A stretch of 64,000 nucleotides of DNA from the NCBI RefSeq assembly GCF_021028975.2, contig NC_059430.1, positions 56,606,001 through 56,670,000 of the forward strand. The letters run 5' to 3'. Source of the DNA: Sphaerodactylus townsendi. Lineage: Eukaryota. This document shows, piece by piece, positions 52,758 to 64,000 of this stretch; position 1 is the stretch's first letter; each line of letters starts with the position of its first letter. A program made the position numbers and the translations under genes. The notes beneath the pieces were generated by a model. The model did not search any database. It worked only from the letters and a program-made list of their open reading frames with translations, and had not been told where the DNA came from.

Positions 52758-53099
52758 ATTCTAGTCTCCAACCAGGGCCTGTGCTGCACATCTATACAAA
52801 ACTGAAATAAAAATGAACAAACATGATAAAAAATGCAGAAGGGTGTATTTTTGCTGCACTGTTGCTTTTCTTATCCCTAATAAAATATTCATGAATTTTC
52901 CAGCTTGGAACTGTTCCATGATCTAAGGAAAACAATTAAATATGTAGTATGATGATGTGCTATGTGGGTTTTATATATTTGGAGACTTTCCATGTAGCAG
53001 TGCCAATCTGGTAGCATTCAGGAGGGGATCAAGTTACAGCTCAAAGTGGCTGTGAGGCTGGAGGAGAGAGAGGGGGGAAAGAGAGAATCCAAAGCTTAC

Positions 53100-55172
53100 T
53101 CTGAGTAAGACAGGCCCAGTTCACTGTCCAAAGGGAGAAGTTGAGGGTTGCGATGGGATGCTACCAGATATTCCTTTGGGATTATATGGCACAATGAATT
53201 GTTTTCCTCCCAGAGGATAAAAATACTCTTGCCAAGGTCCTGTTGTTGGCTGATGGTTCCACACTTGGAAAGCAGCAATCAAATGCCACCAGTCTTATGG
53301 CTGAAAGTGCCAGCAGAGTCATGGCTTATGGAGTGGTTTAAGGGGGCAGTCATGGTTGAGAGAACCTCCTGGCACCTGGGCCAGAGTGAAATACCTCCTT
53401 TTTGAGGGAAAAGCTCTATTTTGGTTAGGAAACTGGTACCACCTTTGACAGAATTAGGAAAAGTCTATTTACTGCAAAATCCCTAGGTATTATCTCCCCA
53501 AACATTGGGGATTTCAAGCAAAGGTACTTTCCTAAGGCCAGAAGCTTTCTACGAAGTTGTATCCCTATCAGCAGTTATTATTTAAATCCCCATCAATCCC
53601 CTGTAGATCATTTACATTTCAGACATTTTCTTTTCATTTTCTGGGGATATCTGGGTGGTACTGATCGACTTGAAGGATCTGTATTTTTATGTATCCATTC
53701 ACCAGTCTTGTAGAAAGTTTCTAAGGTTTCAGTGTGGGGATAATCTTTATGAATATAATGTTTTACCCTTTGGATTAGTGACAGCCCCACATATCTTTAC
53801 CAAATGTAGTGCCCATCTTATCATCAAAAGGTTGTGATATGTATTCTTTGAATCAAGCCTGGAACGTGATTTGGCTTTTGCCTCCCATACACTAACTAAC
53901 AGGTTTTTCATCCACACACAAGAAAGGATAGGTTCCATGTCTCTCTGGGCTGAGGTTTCCTGGTTGGGGCAATGGAGTATACCAAGCAACATTTCTCTGT
54001 CTGCCATCCATGTGATAGGAGAAAGCAACACCCCTGCTAATTTCCTTAGCAGACAGGTTTTGTCAAATCACCAGTGATCCATCAGTGCCCATAATTTACT
54101 TCCAGTTTTCAGGGAATAGAGATTCCCTTGTGGTGACCTGTTTGCTACCAAGAGCAAATGCAAAGTGTTCCAGGACAGGGACAGACAAGTGTTCCAGGAC
54201 AGGGACAGACAAGGAGTCATTGGGGGGATGCCTTAAAACTGGGTTGGTCATGTTGCCTCTGCTATGCCTTCCCTCCCTTCCTTCTGATGCACAAGGCCCT
54301 AGCAAAAATGACCTCAGATCAGTCAACAGGGATTGTCATTGCCCCCTATTGGCCAAAGACATTACACTGCCTGCATGTTTCCTGAATCTCCAGGCGAGCA
54401 ATCACTCCACACACTTGATGGCTGTTGGGCTCTCTATTTAATTTCAGTTGTACAAATTCATTTCCACAAGACAAGATTGTATTTATTTGCTTCATAGATC
54501 ATAACAAGGGCAAAGCTGCTGCTGCTCAGCCATTTCTAAATGAATGGTTTCTGCCAATAGATTGGCATGTAGCAGTGCTAAGGTAGATTGTCCACTTCAA
54601 GTTAAGGCTCATTCCACCAGGTCACAAACCAGGGGCAACCTCCACAGCAACTGGTGTGCTCCAGGTTTCTCTAGTATTATTCCATCAATGTGGATTTCAG
54701 GAAAGATGTAGCTGTTCTGAGAGTAGGTTTACAGTATTTCATTGACAAGTGAACACCTGCCTCCATGGTAAGTAAGTGTGCTACTTTTCCATGCAGGACC
54801 CCATTGAAGAAACAACACTGAAGATAAAGTTGCAATTAGCTGTAATTGTTGCTCATTGAGTGATTTCTGTGAAGGCATGCATCCCTCCCTCCTTTCCCTG
54901 AGGTTGCTGCCATTCTGCCTTCCTGGTACTCTTCCATGGTAGTGTAGAACTGAGGGAGGAGCACTCTCCCTGCCTCCATCATATGACCATTTGGACAGGA
55001 AACCAGCCCTCTCTCTGCTCCAAAAGGGAGGGGGAGAATGTTCCAAGCACTCTAAAGCCTTGGGAAGCCTTTTAGTCAGTTATTTGTGATTGGCCTGAAT
55101 CTGTGCAGTCCCTTTATTTGACTGCACAGACATTCAATGAATAATTACAGGTAAGTGTAACTTTGTTTTCTT
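53100..55172 (+). mobile_element. Old, multiply deleted DIRS retrotransposon (family D)
   Basis: Ordered remnants: gag (EGKALF), RT (IDLKDLYFYVSIH..RKFLRF..LPFGLVTAPHIFTK), RNase H (AIHVIGESNTPANFLSR), MT (YAFPP..VIAPYWP), YR (VKAHSTR at 54601). ICR ~54826-54870 complements the terminus 55120-55165. Confidence 0.85.
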
Positions 55173-55489
55173 CTTGTTTTCAGAATTTAATATGCCAGTC
55201 TTAAAGAAGTACTGAATCTGCTTGGAATGGTGTTGCAGTACCACAGACTGGTATCACCAATAGCTGCAATTCCATATGGTGTTAACTGTGTATTGTGTTG
55301 ACTATACAGTCATAACATGTGGTAACATGACTCCTTCCCATAATGGAACTATACAGTGATTAGACAGCTGAGTTCACTTCATAGTGTAAATTTTATTGGC
55401 ACCCTCCCTAAACAATAAAGTGTTTGAAATACAGCCCCACAGTTTTCTCATTTGTTCAATAAATGTGCCATATTACTGAAAGCCTGGCT

Positions 55490-55683
55490 TGCCATTGTGT
55501 TTCCCAGTCATCTACACTTTATCCCCAGCAAGTTGCATACTCATATTGACCTTGTAAGGATGGAAGGCAGAGTCATCCTCGAGTTGGCTGCCTGAAACTG
55601 ATTTCTGTTGGAATCAAACTCAAGTTGTGAGCAGAGCTTTGATTGCATTATTGCAGCTTACTACTCTGTGCCACGGGACTCTT
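55490..55683 (-). mobile_element. Sauria/Squam1-like SINE 5' part, degenerate
   Basis: tactcat..tgacc...aaggatggaaggcagagtca ... ctctgtgccacgggactc, reverse complement of a tRNA-derived SINE head; family from recall. Confidence 0.65.
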
Positions 55684-56165
55684 AATGTCTTTCTCTGTAA
55701 GAAATATAAATAAGCAACAGTCAGAGGAACTGCATGATTCATAACATTTTTATTTAATAAACAATAATAAATACAAGGGGGTTATGCTCTCCCCACCCTA
55801 GTTCTCTCATGGTTCGGAGATTAGCATTCAACCTTATCCTGAGAAAGTTTTTAAAATTGCCCTTTATATTCTTTTCAGAGAGGTAGCTGTGTTAATCTCC
55901 TGCAGCCACAACAAAGAGTCTTGTGATGCCTTAGAGTGTAATAATGTATTGTGGCTTAAGCTTTCATGAACCAGAGTTCATTTTGTTAGATGCAGGGTAT
56001 GTTACATTTTCCTCTGCCAGTTGAATGTAAATTCATTTATCTGACAAAGTGTACTCTGGCTCACAAAAGCCTGTGCCACAATAAGCTCCAAGGTGCCATC
56101 ACCTTTGCTCCTTTGAATTTGCACTTCTTAAAGCTTTAGAAGTGCATAGTGCTGCTCTTGCTCTG

Positions 56166-56598
56166 CCTGTTTCTGCACGGGCAGAAAACAGCGCCCTAGG
56201 GACGGTAAAAACACCGTCCCTGGGGTGCTGTTCACACAGCTACCGCTGCTGCAGCACAGGTGTGCCGTTCTCGCCCCCTCAAGCGGTGTGAAAACACTGC
56301 TTTCTCTTACCTTCTCTCAGTTGCTGTAGCTGTAGAGAAGCCAGGGGACACGCCTCCTGGCCTCTGTCCCTGGAGGGGTTGCCATGGCTATGGGGGCATG
56401 TTCCCTGGCCTCTCTATAGCAACAGCAGCCGAGAGAAGGAAAGAGCAGGAAAAAAGCAGCAGGCCCCGTGCGAAGGTGGCCTCGAAGGCCGCTGGGACAC
56501 CAAGCCATTTGCAGAGCGGCGTGCGAACGGCCCCGGGGGGTGCATCGACTGCGACTATGTTGGTGCACCCCCGCTTGCTCGCCTGTGCAGAAAGGGCC
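56166..56598. mobile_element. GC-rich MITE with terminal inverted repeats (Harbinger-like)
   Basis: gcctgtttctgcacgggc ... gcctgtgcagaaagggc; internal hairpin agggacggt-aaaaac-accgtccct. Confidence 0.7.
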
Positions 56599-56849
56599 TC
56601 TGGGATGTTGGATTGCATTTCTGCATTTCCTACCTCACTGGATCCCTGTGAATCAGGATGTACAGAGAGGCATGGGCCTTGACATCTTTCCTTAAAGTAT
56701 TTTGGGGGGAAATGGGAGGGCCTTTTGAGTCTCATAGGCTTTTTGTGGGTGAGGGGTAAAACAAAAATCATTGAGGATGACTGAAAGAAACATAGGTTAT
56801 TTTGCCATCTCACAGTGCCATCTTAAAGTGGCAGGCACATATACAACCA

Positions 56850-57172
56850 GTGTTTTGCCAGTTGCACTGGCTCCAGGTGGAGTACCGGATCAGATTCAAG
56901 GTTGTTGTATTTATGCACAAAACCCTATTTAGTTTGGGATCTGTGTACTTACGGGACCATCTCTTCTGGTATGCTCTCTAAAGGTTGCTTCGGATAGCAA
57001 ACAGTAATCGGCTGGTGGTCTCTGGCCCAAGGAAATCTGGTTAGCCTCAACCATCTTGAACTATAAATGTAATTTATTGCAATGTTTTAAATTGTTATGT
57101 TGAATGTTTGAGTGGCCCCATGACCAGAAGGTGAGGGGCAACATATTAAATCTAATAAAATAAATAAATAAA
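56850..57172 (+). mobile_element. Old L2 3' fragment
   Basis: ttgcactggctccaggtggagtaccggatcagattcaagg (LHWLQVEYRIRFK); tail aataaaataaataaataaat. Confidence 0.75.
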
Positions 57173-57436
57173 TCCTAAACTGTTACACATTTCTAAGTTC
57201 ATTGAATTCAGTGGGCTTAGAAGGGCATAGTGCTGTTCAGGTTTTCACTATCATCCTCTTAGTTACTGTATGTTAAAACTAAAGTTCTCATTTTTGACAA
57301 GAGTTGGTAGCCCATGTCTTGACAAATTAAGGGTCACAGAATCGAGCAGGTCAAATATATTCTGATATCTTGGCATTTGCTATAGGTATAATTTGTCATG
57401 ATCCTCACAGCGACAAGCAGTAACTATCTCTGCACA

Positions 57437-57478
57437 TACTAACATTATGGCAATATATCGCTTTTTTTTTTTTTACAG
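57437..57478 (+). promoter_or_regulatory. Candidate splice acceptor: TACTAAC branch point, T13 tract, CAG
   Basis: TACTAAC 57437-57443, no AG before T-run 57462-57474, ACAG 57475-57478; AATAAA at 57571-57576. Confidence 0.45.
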
Positions 57479-57829
57479 TAAGAGCAACCAATACATTCCT
57501 GCTGCCCTGAAGGTTTCTGAGGCTAGGATCGCTCCTCGTTACTGTACGGTTCCCCCATTTGGATTTCAGCAATAAATACATCATTTAATTTTTTACATTC
57601 TAAGTTTCTCCGGAAACTAATGGGGCTCCCTAAACTCCCAAGAACCCTGGGCCCTTAGGGCCTTAACCTGAGTTTAAAGTGTAAAGAAAAAAAAACCCTT
57701 TAAAAAACCGATTGCCATAAGGCTTCCTTTCCCACAGGGGTTAAAATTAGTTGAAAGTTTAAAATTAGTAGCTCAGGAAAAGAGACTCACATCCATTCAG
57801 ATGAAAAGCAGCCATTTCCCCCCTGATGT

Positions 57830-58340
57830 TATTCCAGTCTTATTCCATCTACACTGGCTCCTAACCAGTTTGCTGGCCCAGTTTAAGGAATTGTTAAGGC
57901 TTTAAAGCCTTAAACCAGCTTGGAAGTAGGACTGCCTACTCTTAGATGAACTTACTCCACCTCTGTTGTCATTCTGAGACTCTTCTTTGGGTGCTCTTGT
58001 CATCAAAAGATAGATGGATGGCAACCTGAGAAAGGGCCTATGCCCTATGGCTTCAACATTAGGGAATTCATTCCCTGGGGAGATTCATCTGTGCCCACCT
58101 GTTTCGCCAATGGGTGAAGACTACTTTGTTTGCTGTTTCTTCTCTGGGCCTCTTTCCTTTTCGTGTGTTGTTTAATTATTTTTGTATTTTTAAAACTTGT
58201 ATTTTTAATGTATTTTTAAATGTATTTTTAAAACTTGTATTTTTAAATGTATTTTTAAAACTTGATCTAATGTTTTTCTTTTTTTGCTGCATTGAGGACT
58301 CTGAAGTTGGGTGGAAAGGCAACACATTTTTTAAAAAAAT
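57830..58340 (+). mobile_element. Very old L2 3' fragment containing a (tgtatttttaa) tandem repeat
   Basis: catctacactggctcc (HLHWL), tttaaagccttaaac (FKALN), gtgaagactactttgttt; tandem at 58183-58262. Confidence 0.6.
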
Positions 58341-59147
58341 AGTAATTTTCTAATGATGTGTGGTAGCACAAAGCCTCCTGTGCAGGAGACGGCAGGACTG
58401 TGCCTTGTCTGTACTATCCTCAGCTGTGCTACAACTACCCCCCTCTCCAGGATTGCATTGCCCTTCATCCTGTTCTTTGAATCTAATGTGCTCAAGTGGT
58501 ATTTACACCAGTGCAGGAGTCATACCACTGCCTGAGTGATTCCCTCCTCAGAATTGCACTGTAAGAATAAGTAAGAAATGCTAAGGAAGGCAAGGAGACA
58601 ACATGACACATTTGACTCTCAGAACACTATAGAGAGGTTCCTTTATAAGTATTGCATTAATGGGGTCATAGAGAAAGAACAAAATTAATAAAACCTTTTG
58701 TTTTTAACTAATTCTTCTGTTTTTTCTTCCAACCCTTGACATTCTGGTGCATGGCTACATAATGTTTTACCATATTCTAGTCTCTTAGAATTGGTTCTAT
58801 CTAGGCACTTTCAAGATTATATAGGTCATGCCACTTCAGTAGTGCTTGCTATCTTCCATTACTTCAGTAGTTTTTGCAGGGAATGAGACAGTAGAAAGGA
58901 CTGTTAAAATATAATCCTATACAGAATTGTGGTTTAGGAAAAAGTTGAAATGAGAACTGTAGAGAGCTAGTTGTAGTATGTCCATGGGGTTATGCCACTT
59001 GGGCAAAGTGATATATCCAGATTTATTGAGATACTGTTTTGGAAGTCAGAAAGTTTGGAAGCAAAGTCTTTGAAAAGCTGGTGATAAACTGGATCTTTGA
59101 GCAAGGTATGAATGTTGATGGAATGCATAAAGTTGGAGATGTGGAAC

Positions 59148-59211
59148 ACTGGACTAGATGGACTCTGGTCTGATCCAGCAGGCTAGTTCTTATGTTCTTA
59201 TGTTCTTATGT
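59148..59211 (+). mobile_element. CR1 extreme 3' end
   Basis: ctggactagatggactctggtctgatccagc..ttcttatgttcttatgttcttatg, near-exact reverse complement of 9490-9550. Confidence 0.9.
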
Positions 59212-62200
59212 ACCAAAAGGAAGTATGAGGAAAGTGAATGTTCTGATAGTTTCCAAGCAATTTTTTCCTCTGTCATTTTTGAAAACCTTTTTACAACAAT
59301 GTATTCAGATGAAAAGTTTCTGAGTTAAGCTTTCCTTGCTGTGCCATCACATTTATAACATTTTATCTCTCTCGCTGCTGTTTTCCATGCATCTGTGCTG
59401 TTGCCCAACTTCCCCTTCAGCACCATTTTTTCATGTCTCTGACCTCACTTCTTTCTCCCTTGCCTCTTTATTTTCATCATTTTGTGTTTGTTGCTGTTGT
59501 TTGTCTTGAATTAACAAAGCATTCATTGAACAGAGCTGCAGACCATCAAAGCAATGAATCTATGAAGCGTCATTTGAATGAATAAGCTAACACATTTTTT
59601 AAACTAACTTTGTAAATAAGTGATCAATCAAAGAATTTCAAGATAAATGCAAAGCATATTATTCCACAAAAAAGAATGATGCTGAAATGCAAAGCATATT
59701 GCTAAAATCTTGTATTATCACTAACCTTTATGATATATTATATATTCTGTTGAAAAGGGAATTAAAGGGAAATAGCTAAACAATTAATCACACTATGAAA
59801 GAGGATAATAGTAAGTCAATATAACTTTTATTTTGTGAGAAAATTTTTAAAAGTTATAATAGTAACCACTCATCAGTGGTTTGTTTTAAAAAATGATTTC
59901 AGATTATTAGAATTTACATTAATAATGACCATTTTTTTAAAAAATGATTCTGTATGTATAATTTATTTCCTCTCTTGATTTCTAGAACGGATTGTAACTA
60001 TGATTTGATTCCCTTTACTTTTTCTGTTTTGTTAATTTTTATCTGTAAAAAAGTTGACTGCCAAAAACATACAGTCCAAAATCCATATGACAATAAATCA
60101 ACATGTCACCATATCAAGTTAATTGGAACTTGTGGAATCCAATATCAATAAGTTTGTCCAATATTTGTTATTACCCAGGGAGATTTTCCTGCTTTTCCAT
60201 TTGTGTGTGTTGGGGGTGGTGGTTATTGATTGTTTCTGATATTTGCTTGGTCACAGTATGTTTATTATGGGGTAACTATGCTGGCTTCTTTGAAGTTCAT
60301 AACAAATACCTCTAAGCAACACTTTTCATTAATTCATAACACCATAACCATTCATTCATAACACCATAACCATTAATTTGCTTTTGCTGGATGTTTGTTT
60401 GAAGACACTGGTGATGATGGTTTCAAAACATTTTGTCCCTTATAAGGGTGAATATGCTGCTGCCAGACTGAATGATATCACCATATTGTACATTGCTGAC
60501 ATCTGCTTACTTGCATTTGTCATCCTTATGTAAAACACCGTCTGTCGGGAAGGAATACTGTTCTACTTAACAGAGGGACAACCCTGTGCGACGTATTGGC
60601 CATCTGTACTAAGTTGTGAATGTTTGATAACTTACGTAACAGTAGAAGGACAAGGAAAGCTCTTGGGCTTAATATAGATTTGAAAAGCAGTTTTATTTCT
60701 GTCTTCCAATCCTTAGTGAATTTTTTTCAATTTGATTTCTTTAATTTGATAGTAGTGCATGCAGAAATAGTGAGTATGCCAATTTTTAATGGTAGTCTGA
60801 TTATATCAGTGCCTATACCAATCTCTTCTGCTTCTTATTTTGACTATACAGCTATGTAAAGAACTTTCTGCATCATCAGGCTTCTTTAAAAGGTATTCCT
60901 GTGTACCTCTTAATTCCTGTGAATTAAGTTTGATAAGTTATATAAAATTTGATCCCTTTGTAAGATGCCATCAGAATGGAAAATCTCTTTGTGATCTAAG
61001 TGTCGAAATTAAAATATGAAGCAATGAGAAACAGTTGACTGTATCAACAGGCTAACTTATTTCAGCACATACTCTAGTAACTGTATTTTAAAGATCTGAT
61101 AATTTAAGCAAGTGGTAATCTATTACTATCTACCAAGCAGACAGCAATATCATTGAATATGTCCAAGCTACGAGAGACTAATGAGGACATAAAACACTCC
61201 AGAGAAGGCAAGTTTTGTTGTATAGGATTATGATATATGGTGTGCAGATCTCAGGCATACACTTTTTATTTAAACATGGTTGGTACTTTCTGTATAACTT
61301 ACTGTTGCTGTTTCAGTTTTTTACCTGGAAATTCATTATCTATAATTAATTTAGTGTGTGTTCTGCCCTATGCTGAGAGGCACCTATCCATTTGATTTAT
61401 GTTTGCTATGCCCTGAATACTCCCTGATTTGCCCACAAATGTTTGAATGCCCTCAAAATTAATAAGTTACATCTTGGTTGCCGAGGGGCTGTTTGACTCC
61501 CAAGTTCTGAATTACTGCTCTATAGTTATATGCATACTTAACATTATTAAAAGAATATTTTTCTTTTGGATATTATGATTCGGAAGTTCAGCTAGGATGC
61601 AAATATGCTCTGCTTGCAGAGTTCTCAGTTGGCCGCATTAGGAAACAGGACATTTGGATACTTTAATTTGATCTATTAAGCCTCTTCTTATGTTTTAAGA
61701 TATCTGCTATATTGAGACACCAGAATGTGTTGATCATATACTTCTTCTGTTTTAGTTTTATCAACGTAATGATTTTTTAAAGTCAATTATTCCTGAACAT
61801 CTATAGTGCCCTCAGCATTGAATTCAACTAATCATAACATTTTTCTCTGCAACAGTCCATTGTGAGTTTCTAGGTTTTTGACTGTGGAAAATTTGAAGGA
61901 TACATGAGTCAAATAGAATGTTAAAATGCACTACGAATTGGCATTCAATTTGATGCGTGCTTTCTGAATTCAGCCCACATCTAGTTCTTTACTTTGTTAT
62001 CAGCCACTGTTGTCAGAGATCTATTATGTGAATCTTGATCTGTGGGTTTTGGTTTTTTTGGATCCCATATATTATTGGTAGTCATTATTTATTTACTTCA
62101 GAACAATGCAAATTGCTTTGAGTCCTCATTGGGGATTAAAGTGGGGATGGGGATTAAATAATTGACTCTCCACAAAGGAATTCTATAGTTCGGCAACTTG

Positions 62201-62694
62201 TGAAATAAGTTTATACTTGAACTTGTTCTTATACAAGAAGTGGAAGTTCTTTATCATAAGAGAACTCCTTTGTGGTGAGGAAAGGCAGAGTAAAGGCTTC
62301 TATCTGTTTATCTAAACTAGAATGGAAAGAGGTTATGAAAGCATGTTCAATCCTCATGGTGGTTAGAGGAAAAGAAGAAGAGAGGGATTGGGAAAAAGGA
62401 ACCCCTCTGACTAGCATTCTGGGTAACAAAGGGACTGCAGCAGAAATGGACAAAGGAACAGTCATAGAGCATCCTATTTACCCCTATACTGGCTCACGTG
62501 CCCCCCTGAGGCTTCAAAGTCTATGCTAGTATTAAATAACATTGCATTGTTAATTCCTTTGAACATTGGTGGACTCGAATCTAGTTGTACTTACATCTAA
62601 TTTTTGTTGTTGTAGGCTACAGGAAATACATTCTTTAGTCCAACCACTGTGGCCTTCTGATTGCTAGATGGATTGATCTTTCCCATTTCCCATC

Positions 62695-62697
<3 letters not shown>

Positions 62698-62743
<46 letters not shown>
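62698..62743. repeat. (CT)n microsatellite
   Basis: Uninterrupted tctctc run of about 45 bp. Confidence 0.98.
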
Positions 62744-62746
<3 letters not shown>

Positions 62747-64000
62747 TCTTCAGATATATAATTCTCCATTGAAGATCCTTTTTCCCTCTTATCTTACAAA
62801 AACAAACATCCCTGTAGCTCCGAGGAACTTAAGTTGGTACAAAGACAAACAGGACTGACTGAACTTGAAACCCTGATAGTCTGAGTAGTTTCATGATGCT
62901 ACCTAGCAGTTTGTGGGGGCCGGGGGGGGGCATTACCCCTGGTGGAAAATCCTGGAAGGGCTTAGAGCCAGGAGGGAAACTATCTACACTGGGAAATAAA
63001 GGGAGGCCATGAACCTTACTGCCCACTTTCAATAGTTTATGCCTCTGTGTGTCAGAGAGGAGAAAGAAAATGCTAAAAAAGGAAAAATTTTGGAATTTTG
63101 TCATAGCTTCAAATGATTTCTGTTACTTTGGTAGCAATACCACAGAACTTTATATCACATCAGCTAAATCTTCATCTCACAAAACCACCCACATAATTAT
63201 AACAGAAATGTTTGGATTTCTGCCAGCATAAGAAGTGGTTTCATAAATCAACAGAGCAAAGTGCTCCAAAACATGTGTTCCATTATGCTCCTTAGCATTA
63301 CACTGCAACAATATTTTGCAAATGAATCAGTTAAAAGATAGCTGTTTTCCAGTATGTAGGTGATTCTTAGAAATGTCAATTAACTTGAACCTTGCATAGT
63401 TTATGAGGATATATTAGGATGTCTTGAGAATAGAGATGCAGTAAAGTAACTAACAATGCTAGCTGTGATCCACAGTTCTGTGGTTCATATTTTGTTTGGA
63501 CCATTAATTTGCAAAGTAACCTGCATTTTTAACCTCAGAACTTTATCTACAATATAATAATACTGACCTGTCTTACTGTATTAGTGTCATTTTTAGTGAA
63601 ATACTGTAGCTGAAGTGCTTTGATCTCTCAAAAATTCAGTAGATGACATCTAAGGTAATTGTTAAGAGATTTGTCCCTTGTGCCTAAACCCAACTTCCAT
63701 TGAGGAACTTCTCCAGCAATCAAATGCCACCACTGGGATTATCAGAGGGTGGGGGAGACTGCATATAGGCACTTTTCCCTTGTGCTTATATTCAGACCTG
63801 TTGAGAAAATCTTTATTTGTATGCTATTTGTTTTTCCACTTTTTAAAAACATAAACAATTTGAGATCACTTTTGAAAGCTAACACACACACACACCAACA
63901 ATAAAGAAACAGTTGTGCCTGTTTCACTTGTGGCTTGGTGCCAAATTATGCGAACAAAAATGGATGACTCATGTTTAAAGCTCACTAGGAACAGATGGGA

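Noticed and set aside
60630-60920. Possible minus-strand exon bounded by cacag and gtaag
   Set aside because: The best frame stops after ~36 codons and the peptide is unrecognisable.

Overview
Repeat-rich vertebrate genomic DNA, intronic or intergenic. The SINE, L2, CR1 and Penelope-type repeats point to a squamate, probably a gecko (inference). I can support no intact host protein-coding gene; almost all long ORFs belong to transposable elements or are chance frames. The dominant feature is a head-to-tail dimer of a full-length DIRS1-type tyrosine-recombinase retrotransposon (20441-25762 and 25763-31187). Each unit has gag, RT/RNase H/MT and YR remnants, inverted terminal repeats (ITRs) and an internal complementary region (ICR), and the unit-unit junction matches the circle junction predicted by the ICR. 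Three further, divergent DIRS remnants (about 15.4-15.9, 46.0-48.1 and 53.1-55.2 kb) lie on the same strand. All four families end in GGT(A/G)AGT followed about 15-18 nt later by TCT. Also present are L2, CR1, L1/Tx1 and RTE-BovB LINE fragments, a ~960-bp Helitron with intact termini, SINEs, several MITEs (one interrupted by an L2), microsatellites, a 158-N gap, and one textbook splice-acceptor/poly(A) module (57437-57600) that may mark a host terminal exon. Parts of the window (20.4-31.2 kb, 37.3-38.9 kb) look like unpolished long-read sequence, so many frameshifts there may be artefacts. TE family names come from motif recognition, not database searches, and most repeat boundaries are approximate.
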